This document shows, piece by piece, positions 49,668 to 59,313 of a DNA stretch of 64,000 nucleotides. The notes under the pieces were generated by a model. The model worked only from the letters and a program-made list of their open reading frames with translations, ran no database searches and was not told the origin of the DNA. Where the stretch lies: assembly GCA_038861545.1 (NCBI GenBank), contig JAWCCZ010000006.1, positions 1-64,000 of the forward strand, given 5' to 3'. A program made the position numbers and the translations under genes. Every line of letters starts with the position of its first letter. Within the stretch, counting starts at the first letter, position 1. The DNA is from Thermofilaceae archaeon. Its GTDB lineage: Archaea > Thermoproteota > Thermoprotei > Thermofilales > Thermofilaceae.

Positions 49668-50705
49668 TTACGACTGGTATTCCTCCAGAGAAAGATCGAC
49701 TGTAGCTTCAAGTATATCCATTGAATAGTCGCAAACTCTTCTTAAGCTGTCCGCAATAAGCCTTATAATCATGTGCCGCCTAGCATCGCAAGGTTCTTCA
49801 AGTATCTTGCTTATGAATCTTCGTTCGGTTTCAATTAGCTTTGGCGGGTACTCGTCCAGCAGAGATAAAGCCCTAGCGCGGTCTCTAGTTGTGAAGCAAC
49901 GTATTGAGTTAGTAAAAACTTCTTTAGCTAGCTTTGTCATTAGGTCTAGCTCGTTTTCAAGACCTTTAATTGACACATGAGCTTCGATTAAAGACTCGGT
50001 ATTAGCTGCTATCTTCTGGGCATGATCAGCGGCTCTTTCAATGCTCTTTCCAGTGATCGCGTACTCTATCGCCTCTTCAAGGCTTCTTAACCCAATCTCC
50101 TTTATGCTGACAAACCCTCTAACGCTAGCGTTAAGTTGTCTAAGCAAGTATAAGTGTAGTTTATCCACAAAGTCATCCCGCTCAACCACGTCCTTTAACA
50201 ACTTAGTATCACTTGAGAACAAACCCTCCATTGAGTCGCTAATCATACCACCTGCTATTTGCCCCATTCTTTGGATTACCACGTTAACTGGAAGTTCTTC
50301 CACGTTAACTAGTACCTGGAGAACTATCGTTTGCTCATTTTCTTCGAGGAGTTCAACTCCAATCATTTTATTGGCTACAACTTTCCTTACAATGTCTCGG
50401 TACTCGATAGCATCGTCGGGGAAAAATATTTCTACAATCTTGTAGCCAGCTAGGTAGCGAGCCATAAGCTCCCTTATGAATGAATCTTTGCTTGTATCTC
50501 TCTCCACGCTCAACTTTATCACAGGCTTTTTCATCCTTTGAAAAGTGGGTGGGAGGATTCGTAGTGACCCGTCCGGCTCGAATGAGATGGAGACTGGTAT
50601 ACCCTGCTGAAGGCCAACCCGTTTGGCCCAGCCCTTAGGGAGCGACACAACGTACGTGGATTTACCAATCACTTGTATCCTGCGTACTACTTCTCTAGTC
50701 TCCAC
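49668..50705 (-). CDS. AbrB-PhoU family phosphate uptake regulator
   Basis: RRIQVIGKSTYVVSLPK, ERDDFVDKL, IERAADHA, SLRRVCDY. Confidence 0.92.
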   Translation of the reverse strand: METREVVRRIQVIGKSTYVVSLPKGWAKRVGLQQGIPVSISFEPDGSLRILPPTFQRMKKPVIKLSVERDTSKDSFIRELMARYLAGYKIVEIFFPDDAIEYRDIVRKVVANKMIGVELLEENEQTIVLQVLVNVEELPVNVVIQRMGQIAGGMISDSMEGLFSSDTKLLKDVVERDDFVDKLHLYLLRQLNASVRGFVSIKEIGLRSLEEAIEYAITGKSIERAADHAQKIAANTESLIEAHVSIKGLENELDLMTKLAKEVFTNSIRCFTTRDRARALSLLDEYPPKLIETERRFISKILEEPCDARRHMIIRLIADSLRRVCDYSMDILEATVDLSLEEYQS

Positions 50706-50802
50706 CTTTTAATCACCTTTCGTAAGCCCCTTATAGAATCCTTTAAAAACTTATACCACCTATATAAAAACTACTTAGAATACTTGCAAGCTATTATAGC
50801 TA

Positions 50803-51303
50803 TTAACTTACACTGCTTCTCAGTTTATTGAAACCCACGATAAGCGTGCCATTTAGGCCTGCCCCCTCCAGCAGTTGTAATAAGTAAATGTGGGCAAGAG
50901 GTGACGGTGATGCAACTATACAGTCTTCAACTATTGAATCCAGTTCGGGTATCCTCAAAGGTAATATAACTACTATGTGTTCGCCCCTGGAATCTTTTAA
51001 AGCCTCGTGTCGAACTTCCAACCCCCGCTCGGTAATAAATCCAATTTCTCTCCCACCAATTTTTAAAACCGCGTAAGGTCCGGGAGGCCAATTAAAGCCA
51101 GGAGACGTAAGCGCAGCAAAAACCTTTCTCCTCTTCAAGCATTCTTCTACGCCAATATTAACCGGTTTACCTAAAAAACTCGTAAATTGGGAGTAGTTTA
51201 ACTCGAGTTCTTTAATCCTGTTCCTCTCTTCACAGTTCAATTCCTTGACTTTAAGCACTCCTCGCCAGCTTAAAGTTTTTAATAGAGTTTCCTCGAATCT
51301 CAC
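50803..51303 (-). CDS. Hypothetical protein
   Basis: 166-aa ORF with 4-bp overlap to the oxidoreductase stop. Confidence 0.65.
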   Translation of the reverse strand: MRFEETLLKTLSWRGVLKVKELNCEERNRIKELELNYSQFTSFLGKPVNIGVEECLKRRKVFAALTSPGFNWPPGPYAVLKIGGREIGFITERGLEVRHEALKDSRGEHIVVILPLRIPELDSIVEDCIVASPSPLAHIYLLQLLEGAGLNGTLIVGFNKLRSSVS

Positions 51304-52307
51304 AGTTTAACTGTTCCCCCTTTAAGGCTTGATTTAATTACAGCTTCTATTATTCGTGTATTTTCAATGCCTTCTTCAGCCTTAATTAATGGGGCTGCTC
51401 GACCTGATACACACTCGATAAAATGTTCATCAGCTTTGCGGAGGAATCCCGTCACTGTTCCTCGAAGCTTGTAAAACTTAGCTACGTGCGGATACGCTAA
51501 TTTATCTTTAGATGTAACCGTTAATCCCTCTGATTCCGCGTTTATGTGAACTGTGCCTTCACTACCTACAAGCTCCAGCTTAAAGTCGAATATTGAGGGT
51601 GAGGATTCGGGTAGCACCCATCCGCTTTCGAGAAGAGCAAACCCCTCTTCATCAAATTTGAGCAAAGCACCTACAGCATCTGGGGTGTTCAGATCCGATA
51701 AAACTTTGCACACGCTTACAGCATACACTTCGCACACTTTCCTTCTAAAATACCAGCATGCAAGGTCTGCCGTGTGGCTCATCAGGAAATATGCAACATT
51801 AGTTTGAGAGGCCCAAGAAAGCATTCTCTTAGGCACGTATATAGTATCACTCAGCCTAATGTAGGCATATAAGGGTGAACCAATCTCGCCTCTTTCCAGA
51901 AGTTCTTTAATGTACATAAATGGTGGATTAAAGCGGTTCTCGAAATTCACCATCAGGATAAGGTCCCTGCGCCTAGATTCAGCACACATTAGCTCAGCAT
52001 CGTTAGATTTAGTAGCCATAGGCTTTTCAACAAATACATGTTTTCCAGCTTTCAGCGCCTCCAGCACGGGTTCAAGATGCAGGTGATCAGGCGTAGCTAC
52101 GATGACAGCTTCAACTTCAGGGTCTTCACATAATTCTTTGACATTGGTATAATACCTTGGGATTTTATATTCATCGGCTATACTTTTAGCTTTCTCTGCG
52201 TTAATGTCGGCTACAGCTACAAGCTCAGCGCCTTGTATGCTTTTCAATGCTTCTACATGCAGAATGCCCTGGTTTCCCAAGCCTACTATACCAATCTTTA
52301 CCCTCAT
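51300..52307 (-). CDS. Gfo/Idh/MocA oxidoreductase
   Basis: MRVKIGIVGLG (start moved to ATG 52307), TPDHLH, VEKPMA, LMSHTAD. Confidence 0.92.
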   Translation of the reverse strand: MRVKIGIVGLGNQGILHVEALKSIQGAELVAVADINAEKAKSIADEYKIPRYYTNVKELCEDPEVEAVIVATPDHLHLEPVLEALKAGKHVFVEKPMATKSNDAELMCAESRRRDLILMVNFENRFNPPFMYIKELLERGEIGSPLYAYIRLSDTIYVPKRMLSWASQTNVAYFLMSHTADLACWYFRRKVCEVYAVSVCKVLSDLNTPDAVGALLKFDEEGFALLESGWVLPESSPSIFDFKLELVGSEGTVHINAESEGLTVTSKDKLAYPHVAKFYKLRGTVTGFLRKADEHFIECVSGRAAPLIKAEEGIENTRIIEAVIKSSLKGGTVKL

Positions 52308-52364
52308 AGCTTGCGGACTTAAAGCTGGAGAGGTAGATAATAGTAGCGCACGGCTAGGAGAGTA

Positions 52365-52431
52365 GAGGTCAGTTTTCCTAGCCCCTCTCACTCTCACTTA
52401 GAGTCGAGAGTTCCAGCGTTCATCACTCCCC
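52365..52431 (-). ncRNA. Candidate box C/D guide sRNA
   Basis: Minus strand: GGGGA, perfect C GTGATGA, 12-nt guide, D'-like TCGA, CTC/GAG hairpin, C'-like GTGAGAG, 12-nt guide, D CTGA, CCTC closing stem; TTATAT box about 20 nt upstream. Confidence 0.65.
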
Positions 52432-52583
52432 GGTTAAGTACCCTGCTGGAATATAACAGTTTAGCTTACTTGACTGTAGGTTGCCACTGAAAAATATTAT
52501 CTCTGATTAAGCCTCTCATTTTCCTTGCGCTCTCCTTCTCGCAGAAGATTTTTATTCTTAGCCGAGCATTAACACAGGGTTTT

Positions 52584-53288
52584 ATGTCGCAAGTCATCTG
52601 GACAGGAAAGCCTTACATGAGGAAGACCGTTGTGAAATTCGCGACCTTGTTCATCGTGCTTACGTTGTTTTTATTCCCCCTGTTTATTGTAATGCCATTC
52701 GCTTTCCTGGCTTGGATTTTAGGTTTGGCAATTCTCTTCCCATTTTACTACTATTACAAGAGCTCTTTTACCTACTACATTACAGACAAATCGGTTAGGA
52801 TCGAGCAAGAATGGAGTTTTGGTAGCTACTCTAGAGAAGTAACTTTTGACCAGATCAGAGACGTTCATGTTTTTCAAGGCGTCTTAGCAAGGGTTTTTAA
52901 CTGCGGATCCGTAGCCTTCGTTACATCAGCGGGCCTCGAAGTCGCTTACGCCTACAGCGGCGTAGGAACTGGAAGAGTTGGACCGGGTGTAGGTGTTGGC
53001 CAGGCTCAACCCCAAGTAGTTAAAGGAAGGAAAAACATGTTTTGGGACATACATTCACCCAATCAGGTTGGGGCGATGATTAGTGAGAAGCTGGCTGAAT
53101 GGAGGGAAGTTGTACAGCAACGAAGAATAGCTGCTTCTATGGAGAAAATGACTGGAGCGGCTACGCCCCAACGGGTTCAGCCTGCGCATATTTTAGATGA
53201 ACTTGAAAGATTGAAGAGGTTACTAGACGAGGGCGCTATAACTAAGGAGGAGTATGAAAAACTGAAGAAGAAACTCTTAGAAGATTAA
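52584..53288 (+). CDS. Membrane protein with bacterial PH domain and C-terminal SHOCT domain
   Basis: 2 TMs; YYITDK..QIRDV..QG..RVFNCG; ELERLKRLLDEGAITKEEYEKLKKKLL. Confidence 0.88.
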   Translation: MSQVIWTGKPYMRKTVVKFATLFIVLTLFLFPLFIVMPFAFLAWILGLAILFPFYYYYKSSFTYYITDKSVRIEQEWSFGSYSREVTFDQIRDVHVFQGVLARVFNCGSVAFVTSAGLEVAYAYSGVGTGRVGPGVGVGQAQPQVVKGRKNMFWDIHSPNQVGAMISEKLAEWREVVQQRRIAASMEKMTGAATPQRVQPAHILDELERLKRLLDEGAITKEEYEKLKKKLLED

Positions 53289-53319
53289 GAATCGGCGTAT
53301 ATCCTCTAGTCAGGGTTAG

Positions 53320-53341
53320 AACAGCTTTTCCAAAAGCTGTT
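53320..53341. promoter_or_regulatory. Perfect inverted repeat (candidate operator) abutting the SDR gene TATA box
   Basis: AACAGCTTTT-CC-AAAAGCTGTT running into TTTAAG, 25 nt before GTG 53367. Confidence 0.5.
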
Positions 53342-53366
53342 TAAGTACCTTTAGATATCTTTTCGT

Positions 53367-54272
53367 GTGGGCAGGTTCGAGAACAAAGTAGCTATAGTAA
53401 CTGGAGGGGCTAGGGGAATTGGAGCAGCGATAGCTTACAGGTTGGGATCCGAGGGTGCGAAGGTGGTTCTCTTCGATTTAGACGCAGAAGCTGGTACAAA
53501 GAGGTTGGAAATGCTCAGGAGTAAAGGGGTTAGAGGAATCTACGTGCAAGGAGATGTAGCTAGGGAATCCGACGTTAGCCGGTGCGTTAGAACCGCTGTG
53601 GAAATTTTCGGGCGAATCGATATTTTAGTGAACAACGCCGGCATAGGCTTCTCGGGAAAGCCTTTATTCCAGCAAACGTTAGGGGAGTGGGAGAGGATTA
53701 TTTCAGTTAACTTAACTGGTCCGTACATTTTTTCGAAGTATTCAGCTAAGGTAATGGCAGAGCTCGGGGGTGGGGTAATAATCAACATTGCAAGCACCCG
53801 GGCGCTGCAATCAGAGCCTAACACTGAACCTTACTCCGCATCAAAAGGTGGTTTAGTAGCTTTAACTCACTCTCTAGCGGTGAGCTTAACTAAGTACAGG
53901 ATAAGAGTTGTTGCAATTTCACCCGGGTGGGTTGACACCAGCTACTGGCAAATCCCGCCAAAAGAGCCCTCGCTTACCGAGCTAGATCACGAACAGCATT
54001 TAACCGGTAGAGTGGGTAGACCTGAGGACATAGCCTCGCTCGTAGCTTTTCTGGCTTCAGATGAAGCTAGCTGGATCACTGGTGTAAACTTTATCATTGA
54101 CGGAGGGATGACGGTGAAAATGCTATACTTAGACGATACCGTAATCGCAGACGCTGCTGCCACGCTGACTGGCGATTCCGATTTCGCCAAGCTCTTAAAA
54201 CTGCTTCTGTCAGGGGATCCAAATACTCAGGCGAAAGCCAAGGAGGTTATGAAGAGTGTGCTGGAGAGCTAA
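53367..54272 (+). CDS. Short-chain dehydrogenase/reductase
   Basis: TGGARGIG, NNAG, YSASK, SPGWVDT. Confidence 0.95.
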   Translation: MGRFENKVAIVTGGARGIGAAIAYRLGSEGAKVVLFDLDAEAGTKRLEMLRSKGVRGIYVQGDVARESDVSRCVRTAVEIFGRIDILVNNAGIGFSGKPLFQQTLGEWERIISVNLTGPYIFSKYSAKVMAELGGGVIINIASTRALQSEPNTEPYSASKGGLVALTHSLAVSLTKYRIRVVAISPGWVDTSYWQIPPKEPSLTELDHEQHLTGRVGRPEDIASLVAFLASDEASWITGVNFIIDGGMTVKMLYLDDTVIADAAATLTGDSDFAKLLKLLLSGDPNTQAKAKEVMKSVLES

Positions 54273-55344
54273 CGTTAATCCTTCGGTACTTATTGGCCGC
54301 GTCGTACAGCGCAATTATATTCCCCAGAGGAGTGCTAGGCAATATTGTATGGCTCGGCCTTAAGGTATAGCCCGTAGGTCCTAGTACATTGAATACGTAC
54401 TTTACTTCAGCTGTCACCTCGCCAGGCGATTTCCAGGGTAAACTTTGCACGCCAATACCTCCCTCAAAGCTTAACTGATCGCCGTAGAGCCTCTTTATGC
54501 GCGCTATATCCATTGCTTCAGGCTGTAAGGGTTCCAGGACATCTACTCCAATTTCTACTAAGTCCGGGATTATGGGCTCGATCCATCCGTCGCTATGAAA
54601 ATGGAAGAACGCACCATGCTTATGGACCGTTCTTGCTAGTTTCTCGTAGCGCGGCTTTAGAAAGCGCCTCCACAACTCGGGGGAAATCATCATTGTGGTT
54701 TGTGTACCCACGTCATCTCCGCTGTACACCTGGTCTACCCCAGCCTCGGCCAGTAGAGCGGCTTGCCGCTCCGCGATGCCGAAAAGCCTGTCAAGCACGG
54801 ACTCGACTTTCCACGGCTCTAGGAGCATCAACCGGAAGATCTTGTTATAGCCGAAAAGAGCACACGCTGTCTCGAAAGGTTGAAGCACGGCACCGACAAC
54901 GCAGTAATCCTCAAAGCTTTGCCTAAATTCCTCGACCACCTTTACGTCCTCCTCTTTGAGTTCAGGGTACTCGTACTCATAGGTTTCCACAAGCTCTAGT
55001 GGATGCTCGGCATGCATGCTAGTTCGGCCGTCACTTGAAAACCTATACACTACGCCGAAAGAATCCCTATACAGACGCCTACCATTGTTATCCCTAAACC
55101 AGCCCTCGTACGAGCTCACCAGCCCTATTCCAAGCCAGCTAATGTTAGGTAGAAACCCTCTGTAGTCAATATTCAATCTCCTCAGTAGGCGCTCGATATG
55201 GTCTACACCCAACGTTGATGAAAGCTCCTCCAAAGGCTCGGGTGATTCAATCCAAATGTTCAATGGAACCATGTCCAATTCTTCTCTCCTAACGGCTCTG
55301 TAGCAGCGTTCCCTAGGGGTGAGCATGGCTATCGATAAGTTCAA
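54247..55344 (-). CDS. Uroporphyrinogen decarboxylase / MtaA-like family protein
   Basis: TPRER..DMVP, GDDVGTQ..MISP, FHSDG, LQPEAMD, RPSH; true start probably the internal MLTPRER. Confidence 0.85.
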   Translation of the reverse strand: MNLSIAMLTPRERCYRAVRREELDMVPLNIWIESPEPLEELSSTLGVDHIERLLRRLNIDYRGFLPNISWLGIGLVSSYEGWFRDNNGRRLYRDSFGVVYRFSSDGRTSMHAEHPLELVETYEYEYPELKEEDVKVVEEFRQSFEDYCVVGAVLQPFETACALFGYNKIFRLMLLEPWKVESVLDRLFGIAERQAALLAEAGVDQVYSGDDVGTQTTMMISPELWRRFLKPRYEKLARTVHKHGAFFHFHSDGWIEPIIPDLVEIGVDVLEPLQPEAMDIARIKRLYGDQLSFEGGIGVQSLPWKSPGEVTAEVKYVFNVLGPTGYTLRPSHTILPSTPLGNIIALYDAANKYRRINVSSPAHSS

Positions 55345-55469
55345 GGACTCTCTAGTTAATAGATTTGCCTCCTCTACATTTACTATAGATAGCCTGAAAC
55401 TTTGGATACCAGTTTAGAACCGCAATGCATAAATGGTTCCTTCGTTAACTAAAAACAAGGCGTGGAGAT

Positions 55470-55877
55470 ATGTCTATAGCTAGAAGCCAGTTAATAGGTA
55501 AAAAAGTTTACAACCCTGATGGGAGTTTTGTCGGCGACGTTACGGATATAGGGCTCGCAGTAGGGGAAAGTCAAATCTCACTCGTGGTTGCTACTGCCGC
55601 TGGAACCACTATCAACATACCTTGGAACAACGTTTCCGCAGCCAAAGATATAATTCTGCTCAAAGAAACTGTGGAAGTTCCTCAACCCACCATGATACCC
55701 TCAGTCACCCCCGTTACCACTACACAGTTTTCTCAGCCCGCCCAATCTAAGACTGGCTTAAAATTGCCTTTTAAACGTGAAAAAGAGCAGATGATGTGCC
55801 CTACATGCGGTCAGCCAGCTACTTGGATACCCCAGTACCAGCGCTGGTACTGTTACAACTGCCAGAAATATCTATAA
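55470..55877 (+). CDS. PRC-barrel protein with Pro/Thr/Gln linker and C-terminal zinc ribbon
   Basis: LIGKKVYNPDG..VGDVTDI..IPW..DIILL; CPTC..WYCYNC. Confidence 0.85.
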   Translation: MSIARSQLIGKKVYNPDGSFVGDVTDIGLAVGESQISLVVATAAGTTINIPWNNVSAAKDIILLKETVEVPQPTMIPSVTPVTTTQFSQPAQSKTGLKLPFKREKEQMMCPTCGQPATWIPQYQRWYCYNCQKYL

Positions 55878-56128
55878 AAATTAGGATTGTTTTTTAAAAG
55901 GATTAAAACACTTTTCGATTACCTGTGCCTCTCTCTTCTCGGAAAGCATTATGCTTAATCTAGTTCTTTAGGCATAGTTATCCGTGTCATCGCGGGCAGC
56001 ATTTTGCACTTCCGGATGAACATAGCGTTTCTCTAGCACGGTAACTTGCACAACTTTCTCCCGTAGTGTCGATACCAGGCAGTTGCGCTGTCGAAAGACT
56101 AATATGGCTGCCCTAAGAGGACAACCGC

Positions 56129-57007
56129 ATGGAAAAGAGGGTTCTGGGGAGAACCGGGTATCGGGTTACGATCCTGACAATCGGTGGAGCGGGGCCCGGT
56201 TTCACGCCTTTCGTAGAAGAGGGTATCAAAGCCTTCGAAATGGCAGTCGAGAGGGGCTTAAACATGGTTGATATAGCACCCAGCTACAGCGAGGCTGAAG
56301 TTAGGCTTGGCCCACTGATAAGCAAGTATAGGGATAGACTTGTGATCGCTGAAAAGACTATGGAAAGAACGAGGGAAGGCGCTTGGGGAGAGCTAAAGCA
56401 GTCGCTTATCCGGCTTGGCGTTAAAAACTTTGATATCTACCAGTTTCACGCTGTCAGCTCACTAGAGGAGCTCGATAAGATTTTCGAGAGGGGAGGTGCA
56501 GTGGAAGCTTTTACTGAAGCTAGGGATCAGGGGCTCATCAAGTTCATTGGGATCACAGTCCACAACGACATGAGGATTGTGCTCAAAGCTCTCAACCGCT
56601 TCGATTTTGATACTATTCTCATACCGGTTAACGTGGCGAGCATGATACACCCCACGCCGGAAAATGATTTTCGACCAGTGCTTAAAGTTGCTGTGGAGAG
56701 GGATATCGGGATAATCGCGATGAAAGCTATTGCGAAAAGAAGATGGCCTGGCGAACGGAGGCTAATCGGCGATAGGCAGTTTACGTCTTGGTACGAGCCG
56801 CTAGAAGAACAAGCGGATATTGATAAAGCTGTTTGGTTCACTTTATCTCAAGAAGGCGTTGCTACTTATACGATGTCTTCTGAAGTGAGGCTATGGTCTA
56901 AGATAATAAGCTCTGGAGAAAGATTCAGGGGACTCAGTGAAAAAGAGCAATCAAACATTGCTGAATATTTCAGCCAAAAAGGCGTAAAACCGCTCTTCCC
57001 GGAGTAA
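56129..57007 (+). CDS. Aldo/keto reductase
   Basis: LGRTG, DIAPSY, EKT, QFH, IGIT, IAMK. Confidence 0.92.
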   Translation: MEKRVLGRTGYRVTILTIGGAGPGFTPFVEEGIKAFEMAVERGLNMVDIAPSYSEAEVRLGPLISKYRDRLVIAEKTMERTREGAWGELKQSLIRLGVKNFDIYQFHAVSSLEELDKIFERGGAVEAFTEARDQGLIKFIGITVHNDMRIVLKALNRFDFDTILIPVNVASMIHPTPENDFRPVLKVAVERDIGIIAMKAIAKRRWPGERRLIGDRQFTSWYEPLEEQADIDKAVWFTLSQEGVATYTMSSEVRLWSKIISSGERFRGLSEKEQSNIAEYFSQKGVKPLFPE

Positions 57008-57166
57008 CGTTTTTACATTCGTTAACTTGGGCGAGCGTTACAGGTAACTTTTCCTCTCTGTTACTCGATCCTATGCTGATGACTTAACATCCAAAACGTG
57101 CATGTATGACAGAAGGCTTCGCCAGTGTAGTAGTTAAATTAAAATGGAGGGGAGAAATACTGACGC

Positions 57167-58123
57167 ATGGGTGTAATTAGAACGGTTCTTGGCGATATTA
57201 CACCCGATAAACTTGGTATGGCTTTAACTCATGAGCATGTGATCTGTGATTTTATCGGTGCGGATAAAGTTGACAGGTCTAGGTACAGCCGAACCGAGGT
57301 TTTCGAGATCATGTTTCCATACTTGGCGGAAATTAAACAGTTAGGTGTGAGCGGGTTTATAGACTGTACTCCAGCTTTTATCGGGCGGGATCCCCTGCTG
57401 CTATCTGAATTATCGAAAGCTATTGGGTTACACATTTTAACAAATACTGGCTTGTATAAGGAGCCTTTTTTACCCAGATATGCTTTCGAGTATAGCGCCG
57501 ATCAATTAGCTGAGATTTGGGCACTCGAGATAGAGGAGGGAGTAGAAAACGAAATAGTTAGAGCTCGAAGCAGTGCAGTAGAGAGATTCCCTCTGAAAGC
57601 TGGTTTCATAAAAATTGCTGTTAATCCAGGCCATATAGTCCCAATACAAGAGAAGATAATACGGGCAGCATCTCGATGCAGTTTGTCCACAGGGGCAACT
57701 ATAGTTTGTCACACAGCGAATGGAACAGCCGCCATTGAATTGCTCAAAATCGCAGAGGAGGAAGGACTCGACGCTAGCAAGCTAGTTGTAGCTCACAGTG
57801 ACGCTATAGATGAGTGGAGTTATCATCTAAGAATTTTTCAGCTGGGAGCTTGGGTATCTTATGATGGAATCAGTAAGGAGACTGTTCAAAGAACCCTTAA
57901 GCTACTTGGTCTCGTAGTTGACAATGGTTTCGAAGATCAACTCCTTTTATCTCAGGATGCTGGTTGGTACAATGTTGGTCAACCCAAGGGTGGGACAATA
58001 AGGGGCTATTCATTTATAATAAAGGAATTTATCCCTATATTTATCGAAAAAGGCTTCAGCCACAGCTTAGTGCAAAAGATTCTAGTCAACAACCCGGCAC
58101 GGGCATTTCAAATACCGGTTTAA
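57167..58123 (+). CDS. Phosphotriesterase-family amidohydrolase (PTE-like/lactonase)
   Basis: IRTVLG, THEH, GRD, FIK, CHT, AH, SQDAG, NNPAR. Confidence 0.92.
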   Translation: MGVIRTVLGDITPDKLGMALTHEHVICDFIGADKVDRSRYSRTEVFEIMFPYLAEIKQLGVSGFIDCTPAFIGRDPLLLSELSKAIGLHILTNTGLYKEPFLPRYAFEYSADQLAEIWALEIEEGVENEIVRARSSAVERFPLKAGFIKIAVNPGHIVPIQEKIIRAASRCSLSTGATIVCHTANGTAAIELLKIAEEEGLDASKLVVAHSDAIDEWSYHLRIFQLGAWVSYDGISKETVQRTLKLLGLVVDNGFEDQLLLSQDAGWYNVGQPKGGTIRGYSFIIKEFIPIFIEKGFSHSLVQKILVNNPARAFQIPV

Positions 58124-58210
58124 TTATTACGTAATCTTCGCTAAACTTAGGGTGTCTTATTCTTCACTAAAATAAGAAAGATTAATATGTAGGAAGAAGT
58201 TCCTAGCTTT

Positions 58211-58741
58211 GTGACAAGCGGATCAACCATCCGGCTAACTTCGAGTTTGCTTGAAAAACTTCTTATAGTAGTGCTGCTTATATGGGCTATCTCCGCTAGT
58301 AGTTTAGCAGCTTATAACTACCTAAGAGCTGAAAAGCTGGCATCTGAAGTTTCCCATCTCACTACTGTGCTGAGTACAACCGAGTCGGAATTACATGATC
58401 TGAGGATGCGTATAGTAATTGTAAATATAGGTATCGATTATGGCAATGGTACGGTTAAATGGTTTAATGTAACTCCTTTATCTAAGGGAGCAACTGTACT
58501 GAAAGCGTTACTGGCTGTTGCCAGCCGTGTCGAATACACGTATGGTCCTTGGGGGGCTTATGTAACCTCAGTTAACGGTGTAAAAGAGGAAATCATTGCT
58601 TCTAATGAAGGCTACTCGTGGCTCTGGTATATATACGATAAGGAGAAGGGTGTATGGATCCCAGGTCCTGTGGCTTCTGACCAGTACGAGCTACCTGACG
58701 GGTCTTCCGTTAAGTGGATATATGAACACTGGAAATTTTAA
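58211..58741 (+). CDS. Membrane-anchored DUF4430-like protein
   Basis: TM + coiled coil; IDYGNGT, TVLKAL, GAYVTSVNG, WLWY, VASDQY. Confidence 0.78.
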   Translation: MTSGSTIRLTSSLLEKLLIVVLLIWAISASSLAAYNYLRAEKLASEVSHLTTVLSTTESELHDLRMRIVIVNIGIDYGNGTVKWFNVTPLSKGATVLKALLAVASRVEYTYGPWGAYVTSVNGVKEEIIASNEGYSWLWYIYDKEKGVWIPGPVASDQYELPDGSSVKWIYEHWKF

Positions 58742-59313
58742 TGTGGCTTAAAGTGAACCGTAAAGAGTTGAAGATTGCTTTTCTTTTAACGTTAAGCAGC
58801 GGGGTTAAGGGGAGGTATACCCTGCGTGATGAACTTGGAGTTAGAGAAGGTATACTTAAGGGGCTGTACGAAGAGTTGAAGAGAGAAGGTTTAATTGAAG
58901 TTCATAGAGGAGGTGCTCGGATTAGTGCAAAGGGGCGTGAAGCTCTAGCTTTAATGCTGCGTGAATGCGGTGTAATGGATGCTAGGATTCTTGAGGAGGT
59001 TAATGCATGGGGGGAGCAGCTACGAGGCGTTGCAGCGGCCCTAATCAGCGATGTAAGGAATATAGTGAAAGCTCGGGATGTTGTGGTAAGAGCTGGAGCA
59101 GCAATGGCCTTAATCGTAAAGGTTAAGGACGGACACATGTACCTACCAGCTGTCGAAGACTACGATATTAAGGAGCATTTACCGGCCGTTTACGAGATCC
59201 TGGCTTCGATGCCACGTACCGCTGCGTACATCGTGGCTCTATCGGAGAAAATTTACCCTTGTATACTGGGAGTTCTTAGACTTGGAGAGTTAGTTTCAAA
59301 AGGCTTTGTTTGA
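58741..59313 (+). CDS. wHTH + DUF4443-like putative regulator
   Basis: GRYTLRDELGVREG..GLIEVHRGG wHTH; RDVVVRAGA. Confidence 0.65.
   Translation: MWLKVNRKELKIAFLLTLSSGVKGRYTLRDELGVREGILKGLYEELKREGLIEVHRGGARISAKGREALALMLRECGVMDARILEEVNAWGEQLRGVAAALISDVRNIVKARDVVVRAGAAMALIVKVKDGHMYLPAVEDYDIKEHLPAVYEILASMPRTAAYIVALSEKIYPCILGVLRLGELVSKGFV

Noticed and set aside
57075-57130. CTGATGA C-box-like motif between AKR and PTE genes
   Set aside because: No D/D' boxes at suitable spacing and no terminal stem.
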